Below, piece after piece: positions 47,799 through 58,454 of a DNA stretch of 64,000 nucleotides. Positions within the stretch are counted from its first letter, which is position 1; every line of letters begins with the position of its first letter. The translations under genes and the position numbers were made by a program. The DNA is from Nitrospinales bacterium (GTDB lineage Bacteria; Nitrospinota; Nitrospinia; Nitrospinales; VA-1): NCBI GenBank assembly GCA_965223795.1, contig CBDCXL010000002.1, positions 608,001 through 672,000 on the forward strand, written 5' to 3'. The notes under the pieces were generated by a model that did not search any database, was not told the DNA's origin, and saw nothing but the letters and a program-made list of their open reading frames with translations.

Positions 47799-50363
47799 AT
47801 GAGCGCCAGCAGATTTCATTCGTCTTTCATTCTCCCACTGGTTTTTCTGCTGTGGGTTTTCTTAACCGCGATTGCCTATGCCGAAAGCCGCAACACCGGC
47901 TCGCTCAAGCAGGCGCTCACGGCCATCGCGGAGGCGGACGGGAATGACGTCGATCTCGCCAAAACGGTGCTGCGCATCTCAAAGGATCGCGACCCTTCTG
48001 TGGACCTGGCCGGGCTTGCGGCGGAACTGGACCGTCTGACCGATGCGGTTAGGGCGAAAATCACCGCCGACTCGACGCCCGAACAGATCGTCGAGGTTCT
48101 GCGAACCGTGATTCACCTGGAGTCGGGCTACGATTTCACCGACCGGGTGGACCCGCAGGGCATCCCGATCGACCCGGCCGAACTGTTCGTGCACGGGCTG
48201 CTGGAAAACCGGCGCGGCTACTGCATGAACCTGTCGCTGCTTTATCTCATCCTCGCCGAACGGCTGGACCTGCCCCTGCACGGGGTGGCGCTGCCCAATC
48301 ATTTTTTTGTCCGTTTCGAGAAGGACGGCGTCCGCATCAACATCGAGGCGACCGAGCGCGGCGTGCGGCATCCGGATTCGTTTTACCGGCAGCGCTTCGG
48401 CGTTGCGGAAACGGCGGATTTTTTCATGACCAACCTTAGCAAGAAGCAGACCCTAGGGGCGTACTTCTCCAACGTGGGCATGGTTTACTATAAAGGCGGC
48501 GACCCCGGCAAGGCGGTGTTTTACCTGGACCTTTCCAGCCGCATCAACCCGCGCTCGATCGAAGCGCACAACAACCTGGCCAATATTTATTCGGAGACCG
48601 GACGGCTGGAGAAGGCGCTCGAGCATTATCAACGGGCGTTCGAGGCGGACCCGAACAACACATCGACGCTGTTCAACCTGGGTCTCGCGCGCAACAAGGC
48701 GGGCCACTCTCAGGCTGCGGTGGAAGCGTTTCTGCAGGTGGTGCAGATCGATCCCGCCTTCGTGCCGGCGCATCGCGCATTGGTGCGGCTGTACATGGAC
48801 AAGCGGCGCTACTTCGGCGCGCTGCTGCACCTCAAACGGATCGCGGCTTTGAATCCCGGCGACCTCAATACGGAGATGGCCCTGGGGAATGTGTACCTGC
48901 GCATGGACCGGTTCGGGCTGGCGCTGGAAACCTTCCAGAAACTGCGGCAGCGCTTTCCGGGCAGACCGGAAGTGCTGGATTCGCTGGCGGAGACCTATTA
49001 CCGCCAGCAGGATTTCGACCGCGCCATCGAACTGTACGGCTACCTCATCGAGTACAATCCGAACAACCTGAAAGCCTACATTCAGCTCGGCTGGACGCAT
49101 TACCGCAAAGGCAATCTCGACATGGCGGCGGCCTGGACGAAACGCGGGATCACCCAAAATAAGGATAAAAAAGACCTCACCACTCTGGCGCACATGAACC
49201 TCGGGTTCTATTCCCTGCTGGCGCGGGATTTTAAAGAATCGAAAAACTGGTATGGCAAAGCGCTCGCGGACAAGGACGCCAGCGCGGTGAGCGGCATGGT
49301 GAAGGACATTCAGGACGCGGCGAAACGCTTTCCCGGCCGGCCGGAGCTGGAGTATTTCACCGGCTGGATCTATTTTCAGGCGGGATTGAAGGACAATGCG
49401 AAACCGTTTCTCGAAGGCTACCTGGAAAAAAACGCCGGCGGGCGTTTCGTCGAGGAAGCGCGCAACCTTTTGGAGACCATGAACCTGAAAAAGGTGTCGT
49501 CCGAAACAGCGCAGCCGGACAAACCGGAATCGGCAGAACCCGTCCCGGAAAACATGGTACGCATTCCTTCCGGATTTTTCTCGATGGGCTCCAACAAAAA
49601 CGGCGAGGACGAACTGCCCGAGCACAAGGTTTATATAGACACGTACTTCATCGACAAGTACGAGGTTTCGGCGAAAGATTTCGCAGAATTTTTAAACGCG
49701 GTCGACAACGTGAAGGGGTATTATCTGGACAACAAGTTCGGAGTGCTCACCTACACCGGCCGATTCAAACCGCGGCCCGGCCTGGACATGCTTCCGATCA
49801 ACAACGTGAACTGGAACGGCGCGAAAGCCTACTGCAAGTGGAAAGGCAAGCGCCTGCCCACGGAAGCGGAATGGGAAAAGGCGGCGCGCGGTGAAGACAA
49901 GCGCCAGTACCCCTGGGGCAACACGCCGCCCACGCCCGAACAGGCTCGATACCTGCAGACCTGGACGGAGGAACTGGGGCACCGGGTCATGGTTCCGGTG
50001 GACGGGCTGGAAGCGGGAAAAAGCCCGTACGGGCTCTTCAACATGGCGGGCAACGTGAAAGAATGGGTGGACGACTGGTACGACCGGGAGTATTATAGCG
50101 AAGAATCCGACTACGCCAATCCGAGAGGCCCTATCGGCGGCGAATTCAAGGTCTTGAGAGGCGGTTCCTGGCGGGATCTTGCAGGGTTTCTCTATTCTTC
50201 GTTCCGCAACAACAGCTATCCGGACACCCGCCTGGAAGATTATGGATTCCGCTGCGCCAAAAGCGCCGAAAAAACGAAAGGTCCGAAAAAGATGACGTTC
50301 AACGACCGGGAGCCGCCCCGTCAAGTCGCCCATTCAGACATGAAACCTGAGGCCACGCCATGA
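47799..50363 (+). CDS. SirB1/transglutaminase-like + TPR + FGE-sulfatase-domain fusion protein
   Basis: RRGYCMNLSLLY...LPNHFFVR; TPR units; RLPTEAEWEKAARG, MAGNVKEW, RGGSW, GFRCA. Confidence 0.9.
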   Translation: MSASRFHSSFILPLVFLLWVFLTAIAYAESRNTGSLKQALTAIAEADGNDVDLAKTVLRISKDRDPSVDLAGLAAELDRLTDAVRAKITADSTPEQIVEVLRTVIHLESGYDFTDRVDPQGIPIDPAELFVHGLLENRRGYCMNLSLLYLILAERLDLPLHGVALPNHFFVRFEKDGVRINIEATERGVRHPDSFYRQRFGVAETADFFMTNLSKKQTLGAYFSNVGMVYYKGGDPGKAVFYLDLSSRINPRSIEAHNNLANIYSETGRLEKALEHYQRAFEADPNNTSTLFNLGLARNKAGHSQAAVEAFLQVVQIDPAFVPAHRALVRLYMDKRRYFGALLHLKRIAALNPGDLNTEMALGNVYLRMDRFGLALETFQKLRQRFPGRPEVLDSLAETYYRQQDFDRAIELYGYLIEYNPNNLKAYIQLGWTHYRKGNLDMAAAWTKRGITQNKDKKDLTTLAHMNLGFYSLLARDFKESKNWYGKALADKDASAVSGMVKDIQDAAKRFPGRPELEYFTGWIYFQAGLKDNAKPFLEGYLEKNAGGRFVEEARNLLETMNLKKVSSETAQPDKPESAEPVPENMVRIPSGFFSMGSNKNGEDELPEHKVYIDTYFIDKYEVSAKDFAEFLNAVDNVKGYYLDNKFGVLTYTGRFKPRPGLDMLPINNVNWNGAKAYCKWKGKRLPTEAEWEKAARGEDKRQYPWGNTPPTPEQARYLQTWTEELGHRVMVPVDGLEAGKSPYGLFNMAGNVKEWVDDWYDREYYSEESDYANPRGPIGGEFKVLRGGSWRDLAGFLYSSFRNNSYPDTRLEDYGFRCAKSAEKTKGPKKMTFNDREPPRQVAHSDMKPEATP

Positions 50364-50629
50364 TCGGCGCCATCGAAATCCTGATGATTGCGGTCATCTT
50401 CGGCATCATTTACGGACGGGATGCGCTGGACAAGACCTACAAAAAGCATCCGGACGAAGGCGTGGTCGAAAGTTTCGCCGAGGACGTCAAGGAGTACTAT
50501 CACACCGATCCGAAACGGCTGATCAAACTGGTGATCTTCGCCGTTTCGGTGATCGCATTTCTCGTCATCCTGGTCTATTGGGCCTTCACCCGCACGGACC
50601 TGCCGAAGATGCTGGGCTGGGGTCAGTAG
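50360..50629 (+). CDS. Small membrane protein
   Basis: ATGA overlap with the upstream gene; two hydrophobic segments. Confidence 0.75.
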   Translation: MIGAIEILMIAVIFGIIYGRDALDKTYKKHPDEGVVESFAEDVKEYYHTDPKRLIKLVIFAVSVIAFLVILVYWAFTRTDLPKMLGWGQ

Positions 50630-51093
50630 TTGAACCCGTTGGTGCGGACGTGGATGTACGGATCGCCCCCCTCAAGCATTTTTCCTCCCACGATTTCTCC
50701 GACGTACAGCACGTGGTCGCCGGCAGGCATGGAGCCGGTGAGCTGGCATTCGAGATACGAAACCGCCTCCTTCAACACCCGGATGCCCTGATACCCCTTC
50801 ACGGTTTTCACGCCTTTGAACAGATCGTCCTGGGGCGGCTTGCTGAAGTGCTTCAACAGGCCGTTGGAATCTTTTCCCAGCACATTGACGATGAACGCTT
50901 TCGAACCTTCCACCAGCAGCCGCGCCGGGCGCAGGGTCGCCAGAGCGATGGACACGGTGGGCGGGTCGAACGAGCTCTGGTTGACCCAGCTTGCGAGGAC
51001 CGCATCCTCGCGGTCGCCGCATTTGGCGGTGATGACGAACAGACCGCTGGGAACGCGGCCCAGGGCTTTGCCGATTTGTGTTTTGTTCTTCAA
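50623..51093 (-). CDS. Flavin reductase family protein
   Basis: ALGRVPSGLFVIT, ASWVNQSSFDPP, GDHVLYVGEI. Confidence 0.93.
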   Translation of the reverse strand: MKNKTQIGKALGRVPSGLFVITAKCGDREDAVLASWVNQSSFDPPTVSIALATLRPARLLVEGSKAFIVNVLGKDSNGLLKHFSKPPQDDLFKGVKTVKGYQGIRVLKEAVSYLECQLTGSMPAGDHVLYVGEIVGGKMLEGGDPYIHVRTNGFNY

Positions 51094-51175
51094 GTCTGGC
51101 TCCTGTGGTCGAATTGGGAAAGAAAAATTCTAATATGCCGGCCGGGTCCTGGCAACCGAAAACGGCTTTACGGCG

Positions 51176-51841
51176 TCAGAACTGGCCCGGTTTGATCTTG
51201 AAAACGTCGGGCCGCTCCGGTTTCTGGATGTAGGAGAGCTTGAGGGAAAGCGGCGCGGGCCGGGTTTTCTGTTTGGGCGGATTGGTCATCAAGAGCAGCA
51301 CCATGCGACCGGCGCGGTCGCGGGCGCGGAACACGATGATCAGTTCCTTTCCGGCGGGCGTGTTGACGACCTGGCTTTCTTTCGGAAACCCCTGGCGGGA
51401 AAAATAATTCCTCAACTGATTGGCGGTGTCCACGACTCTCTCCGGCCGCGCGGCGCTGCCCGCGGGCTGGCCCCACAGGATGTTCACCTGGATCAGCCGG
51501 TTGGACTTGTATCCGAAAACGTAAAACGCCCGCGCCGGGCCGGAATCCGGCAGCAGGTCCTTCACGGCGATTTCCAGGCTCAGAGTTTTTTCCAGCGGGT
51601 GGCGATGCCGGGCGACGTTTTTCTTGGTGATTTTAAAATCGTTGTAGATGGCTTTGTACACCTGCTTTTCGGTCATGCCGAAGCGCGCCGAGCGGAATCC
51701 CTCGACGGCGGCGGTCTGCTTTGTTGCCACCTGCGAGCGTGCGGATTTTTGCGGGGCGGCCTGAATAGGCGAATACGCATTGCAGAACAAGGCGAGCGCC
51801 AGAAGCGTTCCGGCAAACCATTTCAGACCGGCCGGGTTCAT
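51176..51841 (-). CDS. Exported hypothetical protein
   Basis: Signal peptide MNPAGLKWF...QA; GFRSARFGM motif. Confidence 0.8.
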   Translation of the reverse strand: MNPAGLKWFAGTLLALALFCNAYSPIQAAPQKSARSQVATKQTAAVEGFRSARFGMTEKQVYKAIYNDFKITKKNVARHRHPLEKTLSLEIAVKDLLPDSGPARAFYVFGYKSNRLIQVNILWGQPAGSAARPERVVDTANQLRNYFSRQGFPKESQVVNTPAGKELIIVFRARDRAGRMVLLLMTNPPKQKTRPAPLSLKLSYIQKPERPDVFKIKPGQF

Positions 51842-51870
51842 GGTCGCAGATTCGGATGCGGGACGCCGCC

Positions 51871-52926
51871 TCACTGCCAGCGGCCGGGGACCGGGTTTGC
51901 GCAAGCGGGACAGGCGCCCTGCTTGAGTCGATTGGCGAGCACGTGAAAGCCGCGGCGCTCGATGAGCGTTTCGCCGCAGCCGGAACAGAGGGTGTCCTCG
52001 GATCCTGCGACCTGCCCCGGAATGTTGCCCAGATAGACGTACTCAAGACCCGCCCCTCTCCCCTGCTCTTTCGCCCGCAACAGGGTTTCGGCAGGCGTGC
52101 GGCCGCGGTCGGTCATCTTGTAGTCAGGATGAAACGCCGTCACATGCCAGGGGATGTCCTTCGCGACGGAGGCGATGAATCCGGCGATGTCCGCAAGTTC
52201 GGCGTCGGAATCGTTGTAGCCGGGGATCACGAGCGTGACGATCTCCAGCCAGATCCCCATCTCCTGCACGCCGCGGATGGTGTCCAGCACCGCGGGCAGG
52301 TTGCCGCCCAGCCTTCTGTAGTTCGATTCGGAAAAACATTTGAGGTCGACCTTGAAAAAATCCACCCAGGGCCGGATGTACTCCAGCACTTCCGGCGTGC
52401 CGTGACCGTTGGAGACGTAGGCGGTTTTGAGGCCGCGCCGCTTTGCCTCCTGAAACACCTCCACCGCCCATTCGCTGGTGATGAGCGGTTCGTTGTAGGT
52501 GGAGACGAGGCTTTCCGAGCCCTCGCGCTCGGCCAGATCGCACAATTCACCCGCGCTGATGGCGTTGAAATTCAGCGTGGCCGCATCGTCGCGCAGGGTC
52601 TGGGAGGTGAACCAGTTCTGGCAGTAGGCGCAGCGGAAATCGCAGCCGAGCATGCCGAAACTGAGCGCGCGGCTGCCAGGCAGCGCGTGGAAGAACGGCT
52701 TTTTCTCGATGGGGTCGTTCTGCACGCCGGCGGCGTAATTGAAAGGCACCCGCATTGTGCCGTGTTCGTTGTAGCGCACCTTGCAGACGCCGCGCTGGCC
52801 GGGCTTGAGTTTGCACAAATGCCCGCAGGCAGTGCAGACGAATTCAGAATCGGATATCCGGCGCAGCAGCTCGCCGGGACGGGTCGCCCGGTCCAGTTTG
52901 GTTTGCAGGTTCTTCGTTGCGGTCAT
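51871..52926 (-). CDS. amrS: AmmeMemoRadiSam-system radical SAM enzyme
   Basis: CTACGHLC...GVCKVR, DPIEKKPFFH, GCDFRCAYCQNW, TYNEP, PWHVTAFHPDY, C-terminal CSGC/CPAC. Confidence 0.92.
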   Translation of the reverse strand: MTATKNLQTKLDRATRPGELLRRISDSEFVCTACGHLCKLKPGQRGVCKVRYNEHGTMRVPFNYAAGVQNDPIEKKPFFHALPGSRALSFGMLGCDFRCAYCQNWFTSQTLRDDAATLNFNAISAGELCDLAEREGSESLVSTYNEPLITSEWAVEVFQEAKRRGLKTAYVSNGHGTPEVLEYIRPWVDFFKVDLKCFSESNYRRLGGNLPAVLDTIRGVQEMGIWLEIVTLVIPGYNDSDAELADIAGFIASVAKDIPWHVTAFHPDYKMTDRGRTPAETLLRAKEQGRGAGLEYVYLGNIPGQVAGSEDTLCSGCGETLIERRGFHVLANRLKQGACPACANPVPGRWQ

Positions 52927-52977
52927 GCAACGATCATACACTCATTCCGGTGGGGATGAAAGCGGCGGCAAACCGGG

Positions 52978-53436
52978 TCACTCGGTGCTGATGCCGTCGG
53001 TTTTTTTATCGAGGGCGCCGACCATCGTGTGCCAGGCCAGGGACGCGCATTTGGTGCGGGAAGGATACTCGCGGATGCCGACGAACAGTTTCAGTTTGCC
53101 CAGGTGATTTTCTTCCTTGTCCGGCTCCAGCTCGCCCAGCACCATCTTGTGAAATTCCTTGAACACCACCCGCGCCTCGTCCACTTTTTTGCCTTTGAGA
53201 AACGCGGTCATGAGCGAGGTGCTGGCTTTGGAAATGGCGCAGCCGGTGCCGACGAAACTGACGTCCTGAATCTCCTGGCTGTCGGGATCGACGTTCAGGT
53301 AGACGTGGATGTCGTCGCCGCACAGCGGGTTGATGCCGTGACAGTGGTGGGTGGCGTTTTTGATTTCGCGAAAATTCCTGGGATTGCGGTTGTGGTCCAG
53401 GATCACCTGCTGATACAGTTCATTGTCGTAAGACAT
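52978..53436 (-). CDS. sufU: SUF-system NifU-family protein SufU
   Basis: LYQQVILDH..NPRN, NPLCGDDI, GCAISKAS, RTKCASLAW. Confidence 0.93.
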   Translation of the reverse strand: MSYDNELYQQVILDHNRNPRNFREIKNATHHCHGINPLCGDDIHVYLNVDPDSQEIQDVSFVGTGCAISKASTSLMTAFLKGKKVDEARVVFKEFHKMVLGELEPDKEENHLGKLKLFVGIREYPSRTKCASLAWHTMVGALDKKTDGISTE

Positions 53437-53578
53437 GCCCGATTGCCTTTCTAAAATGCGTGCGGACGATCTTTCTCAAACAAGCGGTCCGCTTTGACAA
53501 CGATGGATCATTCAACTCCGTCGTTTCCAAATCCATTTCACTTCATTCCGATCGACCTGCTTCCTCTCCGGGGAGGAG

Positions 53579-54832
53579 TCAGGAAAACATCCGGATCACC
53601 TTGCCGATGCTCTCGGCCAGCGCATCCAGCTCCTCGGGCTTGTTGTAGAAAGCCATCGAGGCGCGGGTGGTGGCCGGCACGCCGTAGCGGATCATGGTCG
53701 GCTGCGCGCAATGGTGGCCGCCGCGCACCGCGATGCCGTCCTGATCGAGCAGCGTCCCGACGTCATGCGGATGCGCCGCATCGAGCACGAACGAGATGAG
53801 CGCGGCCTTGTCGCGCGCTTCGCCGATGATCCGAAGCCCGTCGATCGCCTTGAGCTTTTTGGTGCCGTAGTCGAGCAGGGTTTTCTCGTACTCGAAGATG
53901 GCGTCCATGCCGATCGCGGTGATGAAATCGATGGCCGCACCCAGGCCGATCACCTGCGAGATGGGCGGCGTCCCGGCTTCGAAACGCGCGGGCGGCTTGG
54001 CGTAGGTGGTCTTTTCCAGCGTCACCTGCAGGATCATGTCGCCGCCGGTCACGTAGGGGCCCATCTGTTCCCACAGCTCCATTTTCCCGTAAACGCCGCC
54101 GATGCCGCTGGGGGCGTACATCTTGTGGCCGGAGAAGGTATAAAAATCGCAGCCGATGTCCTGCACGTCGATCTTCATGTGCGGCGTGCTCTGGGCGCCG
54201 TCGATCAGCACTTTCGCGCCGGCGGCGTGCGCCATCTCGGTGATCTTCTTGACCGGATTGATGGTCCCCAAAGCGTTGGACACGTGGTTCACCGCCACCA
54301 TGCGGGTCTTGTCATTGAGCAGCCGCTGGTATTCATCGAGGATCAGTTCGCCGCGGTCGTCCACCGGGATCACTCTGAGGCGGGCGCCGCGTTCCTCGCA
54401 CAGCACCTGCCAGGGCACGGTGTTGGCGTGGTGCTCGATGTTGGAGATGATGATCTCGTCGCCTTCGTTCACAAACCGCTTGCCGAAGCAGTGCGCGACG
54501 AGGTTGATCGACTGGGTGGTGCCGCTGGTGAACACGATCTCCTTGCGCTCGGGTGTGTGGAACAGGTCCGCCACCTTCTGGCGCGCTTCCTCGTAAAGCT
54601 GGGTGGAGCGCTCGCTCAGCTTGTACGCGCCCCGCCGCACGGTGCCGTATTCCTCCGCGTCGAACTTGCGCACCCGCTCGATCACCGATCGGGGCTTCTG
54701 CGTGGTGGCGCCGTTGTCCAGGTAGATGAGCGGCTTGCCGTTCACCGTTTGCGAGAGTATGGGAAACTCCTGGCGGATCTTGTCCACATCGAGCGTGGTT
54801 TTTTCGGCCAGGGCGGTGTCTGGATCCGGCAT
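53579..54832 (-). CDS. sufS: Cysteine desulfurase SufS
   Basis: YLDNGATTQKP, FSGHKM (PLP Lys), RFEAGTP, RGGHHCAQP. Confidence 0.97.
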   Translation of the reverse strand: MPDPDTALAEKTTLDVDKIRQEFPILSQTVNGKPLIYLDNGATTQKPRSVIERVRKFDAEEYGTVRRGAYKLSERSTQLYEEARQKVADLFHTPERKEIVFTSGTTQSINLVAHCFGKRFVNEGDEIIISNIEHHANTVPWQVLCEERGARLRVIPVDDRGELILDEYQRLLNDKTRMVAVNHVSNALGTINPVKKITEMAHAAGAKVLIDGAQSTPHMKIDVQDIGCDFYTFSGHKMYAPSGIGGVYGKMELWEQMGPYVTGGDMILQVTLEKTTYAKPPARFEAGTPPISQVIGLGAAIDFITAIGMDAIFEYEKTLLDYGTKKLKAIDGLRIIGEARDKAALISFVLDAAHPHDVGTLLDQDGIAVRGGHHCAQPTMIRYGVPATTRASMAFYNKPEELDALAESIGKVIRMFS

Positions 54833-54833
54833 T

Positions 54834-56144
54834 TCAGTTCTCCAGTTTCTTGAGTAGAGTGTTTTCGAGATCCTCGCGCACTCCGGGGAACGGGATGGTC
54901 TCGATGATGCTCTCGGCGAAGCTTTTGGTCAGAAGTTCCTTGGCGATTTTCTGGGACAGCCCGCGTGTCTTCAAGTAAAAAAGCTGCTCTTCGTCGATCT
55001 GCCCGATGGTGGCGCCGTGCGTGCACTTCACATCGTCCGCGAAAATCATCAGGTTCGGCTTGTTGTCCGCGTGGCTGGTGTTCGAGAGCATGAGGTTGTT
55101 GATCAGCTGGTCGGAACTGGTGAGCTGCGCGCCCGGGTCCACCACCACGGTGCCGTCCACGCTGGAGCGGCTCTTGTCGTTGACGATGTTCTTGAAGTGC
55201 TGGTGGCTGGTGCCGTGCGGCGATTCGTGGTGGATGCGGACGAAATGGTGCACTTGTTCTTCGTCGGTCAGCACGCTGACGGCGTTCCACCTGAGTTCCG
55301 CGCCGGGTTCCTTGAGATGCGCTTCGAGGTGCTGGCGGGTCAGCCGGCTGCCGGACGATGCGTTGGCCGCGTGCAAGCGGGCGTTGCGCGCCAGGTGGAT
55401 GCGGGTCTTGGAACAATGCCAGGAATCCTTTTCGTCCTCCTGCACCTGGGTGTAGCGGATGCCCGCATCCTCGGCGACGAAAATGTCCTGCACCGCGTTG
55501 ACGAAATAACCACCGCCGCCACCCACGTAGCGGACGATCAGATCCAGTTCGGACTGGCTGCCCACTTTCAGGATCACCCTGGGATGGGTGGTGACTTTGT
55601 TGCCATTTCCCCCGGTGGAGGCATACAGAATCTGCAGCGGCGCCCGGATCTTCGTCTTTTCCGGAATCTCCAGCAGGGAACCGCTGTTCATGAAGGCGCT
55701 GTTGATGCAGGCAAAGACGTCGTTTTCGTTTTCGATGGTTTCGGTGAGGTACTGCTGAATCTCCGCATCGGACGCCGCCTCGGCGATCGTCTTGATGGTG
55801 AGCGCGTCCCCGAGGTCGTTCAGGTCGGAAAGATCGCCGCGCAGGACGCCGTCCACGAACACGAGATGGCTCTTCTCGCAGCCAGGATACACGCTGGCCT
55901 TGATGCGCGCTTCGGGAGCGGCCGTTGAATCGGGTGCGGCAAACGCAGTGGCCGCAAGGTCCTGCGTGTTCACGAAGGTGTACATCTCGTGCTTGCGGCC
56001 GGGAAAGCCGAGGGTCTCAAACCGGTCGATGGCGGCGCGGTGGAACGGCGCGAGGCTGGCGGACGCCTGGTTCTCGTTCAAAAATTTCTGGTGACGCCGG
56101 ATCAAAAGCGATTCGGCGGTGTCTTCGGTGGCGGCGGTCGTCAT
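54834..56144 (-). CDS. sufD: Fe-S assembly protein SufD
   Basis: PNLMIFADDVKCTHGATIGQID...FYLKTRG. Confidence 0.96.
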   Translation of the reverse strand: MTTAATEDTAESLLIRRHQKFLNENQASASLAPFHRAAIDRFETLGFPGRKHEMYTFVNTQDLAATAFAAPDSTAAPEARIKASVYPGCEKSHLVFVDGVLRGDLSDLNDLGDALTIKTIAEAASDAEIQQYLTETIENENDVFACINSAFMNSGSLLEIPEKTKIRAPLQILYASTGGNGNKVTTHPRVILKVGSQSELDLIVRYVGGGGGYFVNAVQDIFVAEDAGIRYTQVQEDEKDSWHCSKTRIHLARNARLHAANASSGSRLTRQHLEAHLKEPGAELRWNAVSVLTDEEQVHHFVRIHHESPHGTSHQHFKNIVNDKSRSSVDGTVVVDPGAQLTSSDQLINNLMLSNTSHADNKPNLMIFADDVKCTHGATIGQIDEEQLFYLKTRGLSQKIAKELLTKSFAESIIETIPFPGVREDLENTLLKKLEN

Positions 56145-56153
56145 GGCGTCTCC

Positions 56154-56900
56154 TCAAGCTTTGGCGGCGAGCCAGTCGTAACCCTGGGCCTCCAGCTCCA
56201 GAGCCAGTTCCTTCTGCCCGGATTTCACGATCTTGCCCTGGCTGATCACGTGCACGTGATCGGGCTGGATGTATTCGAGCAGTCTCTGGTAGTGGGTGAT
56301 GAGGATCAGGGCGTTGTCCGCGGTCCTGAGTTTGTTGACGCCGCTGGCGACCACGCGCAGCGCGTCGATGTCGAGGCCGGAGTCGGTTTCATCCAGGATG
56401 GCGAGCTTGGGGTCGATGACCGCCATCTGCAGAATTTCGTTTTTCTTTTTCTCGCCGCCGGAAAAGCCGTCGTTGAGGCTGCGGTCCTTGTATTTCTGCT
56501 CCATGCCGAGCGTCCCCATCTTCTCGGAGAGGATCTCATCGAAATCCAGAGGATCGATCTCTTCCTTGCCCGCCGCGACCAGCCGGGCGTTGTAGGCCAT
56601 GCGCAGAAACTCGGCGTTGTTCACGCCGGGAATTTCGACGGGATACTGGAAGCCCATGAAGATGCCGGCCAGCGCTCGCTCTTCCGGGTCCATGTCGAGC
56701 AGGTTTTTGCCGTCGAACTGAATTTCCCCGGCGGTGACCTCATACGAGGGATGGCCCGCGAGCACTTTTGACAGCGTGCTCTTGCCGGACCCGTTGGGGC
56801 CCATGATGGCGTGCACCTCGCCTTTTTTGACCGAGAGGGACACGCCTTTTATGATTTCAATGCCTTCAAAACCGGCATGAAGATCCTTGATCTCAAGCAT
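56154..56900 (-). CDS. sufC: Fe-S assembly ATPase SufC
   Basis: [41 protein letters not shown]. Confidence 0.98.
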   Translation of the reverse strand: MLEIKDLHAGFEGIEIIKGVSLSVKKGEVHAIMGPNGSGKSTLSKVLAGHPSYEVTAGEIQFDGKNLLDMDPEERALAGIFMGFQYPVEIPGVNNAEFLRMAYNARLVAAGKEEIDPLDFDEILSEKMGTLGMEQKYKDRSLNDGFSGGEKKKNEILQMAVIDPKLAILDETDSGLDIDALRVVASGVNKLRTADNALILITHYQRLLEYIQPDHVHVISQGKIVKSGQKELALELEAQGYDWLAAKA

Positions 56901-56971
56901 CGATACTTGTCCTCATTTTTAAATGGATGGATAAACCTGTTGCCGCCTGAATCCCGCGCGGAAGTTCGCCG

Positions 56972-58423
56972 CTATCCGACGCTGTCCTCGAGCTTGAGGG
57001 TCAACAGCTTCTGCGCCTCCACGGCGAATTCCATGGGCAGCTGCTTGAACACCTCTTTGCAGAAACCGTTGATCACGGCGGTGATGGCGTTTTCGCGCGA
57101 GATGCCGCGCTGCTCGAAATAAAACAGCTGCTCCTCGCTGATCTTCGAGGTGGACGCCTCGTGCTCGATCTGCACGGAACTGTTGCCGGATTCGATGTAC
57201 GGGAACGTATGGGCGCTGCACTGGTCCCCCACCAGCATGCTGTCGCACTGGCTGTAGTTGCGCGCGTTGGTGGCGTTCTTGTTGACCTTCACCTGGCCGC
57301 GGTAGCTGTTGGAGGACTGGTCGGCGGAGATCCCCTTCGAGATGATGCTGGAGCGGGTGTTCTTGCCGATGTGGATCATCTTGGTGCCGGTGTCCGCCTG
57401 CATGTGGCCGTTGGTGAGGGCGACGGAATAAAACTCGCCCACGGTGTCATCCCCCTGCAGGATGCAGCTCGGGTATTTCCAGGTGATGGCGGAGCCGGTC
57501 TCGACCTGGGTCCAGGAGATCTTGGATTTATTGCCCTGGCATTTGCCGCGCTTGGTGACGAAGTTGTAGATGCCGCCCTTGCCGGTTTCCTTGTCGCCGG
57601 CGTACCAGTTCTGCACAGTGCTGTACTTGATCTCGGCGTTGTCGTGGGTGATCAGCTCGACCACCGCGGCGTGCAGCTGGTTGGTGTCGAACTGCGGCGC
57701 GGTGCAGCCTTCCAGGTACGACACGTAGCTGTTCTCGGCGCAGATGATGAGCGTCCGCTCGAACTGGCCGGTCTCCTCGGTGTTGATGCGGAAATAGGTG
57801 GACAGCTCCATCGGGCAGACGGTGTCGGGCGGGATGTACACGAACGACCCGTCGGTGAACACGGCGCTGTTGAGAGCGGCGTAATAATTGTCGCCCACGG
57901 GCACGACCGAGCCCATGTATTCTTCCACCAGTTCGGGGTACTCCTGGATCGCCTCGGAGATGGGACAGAAAATGACGCCCACTTCCATCAGTTTTTTCTT
58001 GTGCGTGGTGGCGACGCTGACGCTGTCGAACACCGCGTCGACGGCCACGTTGGCGAGCTTCTTCTGCTCGTCCAGCGGGATGCCGAGCTTGTCGAAGGTG
58101 CGCAGGATCTCCGGATCCACTTCATCCAGGCTCTCCAGCTTCTTTTTCGGCTTGGGCGCCGAGTAGTAGGAGATGTCCTGGTAGTCGATGGGCGGGTAAT
58201 GCACGTTGGGCCAGGTCGGCTCTTTCATGGTGAGCCATTTTTTGTAGGCCTTGAGCCGAAAGTCGAGCATGAACTGGGGCTCGTTCTTCTTTTTGGAGAT
58301 GGCCCGCACCACGTCCTCGTTGAGTCCCTTGGCGAAAGTCTCCGACTCGATGAGGGTCTGGAACCCGTATTTGTAGGCTTTGTCTTCCAAAACCTCGTTG
58401 ACTGAATTTTCTTTGGCTGCCAT
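56972..58423 (-). CDS. sufB: Fe-S assembly protein SufB
   Basis: [51 protein letters not shown]. Confidence 0.98.
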   Translation of the reverse strand: MAAKENSVNEVLEDKAYKYGFQTLIESETFAKGLNEDVVRAISKKKNEPQFMLDFRLKAYKKWLTMKEPTWPNVHYPPIDYQDISYYSAPKPKKKLESLDEVDPEILRTFDKLGIPLDEQKKLANVAVDAVFDSVSVATTHKKKLMEVGVIFCPISEAIQEYPELVEEYMGSVVPVGDNYYAALNSAVFTDGSFVYIPPDTVCPMELSTYFRINTEETGQFERTLIICAENSYVSYLEGCTAPQFDTNQLHAAVVELITHDNAEIKYSTVQNWYAGDKETGKGGIYNFVTKRGKCQGNKSKISWTQVETGSAITWKYPSCILQGDDTVGEFYSVALTNGHMQADTGTKMIHIGKNTRSSIISKGISADQSSNSYRGQVKVNKNATNARNYSQCDSMLVGDQCSAHTFPYIESGNSSVQIEHEASTSKISEEQLFYFEQRGISRENAITAVINGFCKEVFKQLPMEFAVEAQKLLTLKLEDSVG

Positions 58424-58454
58424 TTATTCACACTCCCTTGAAAAGGAATCGTGG

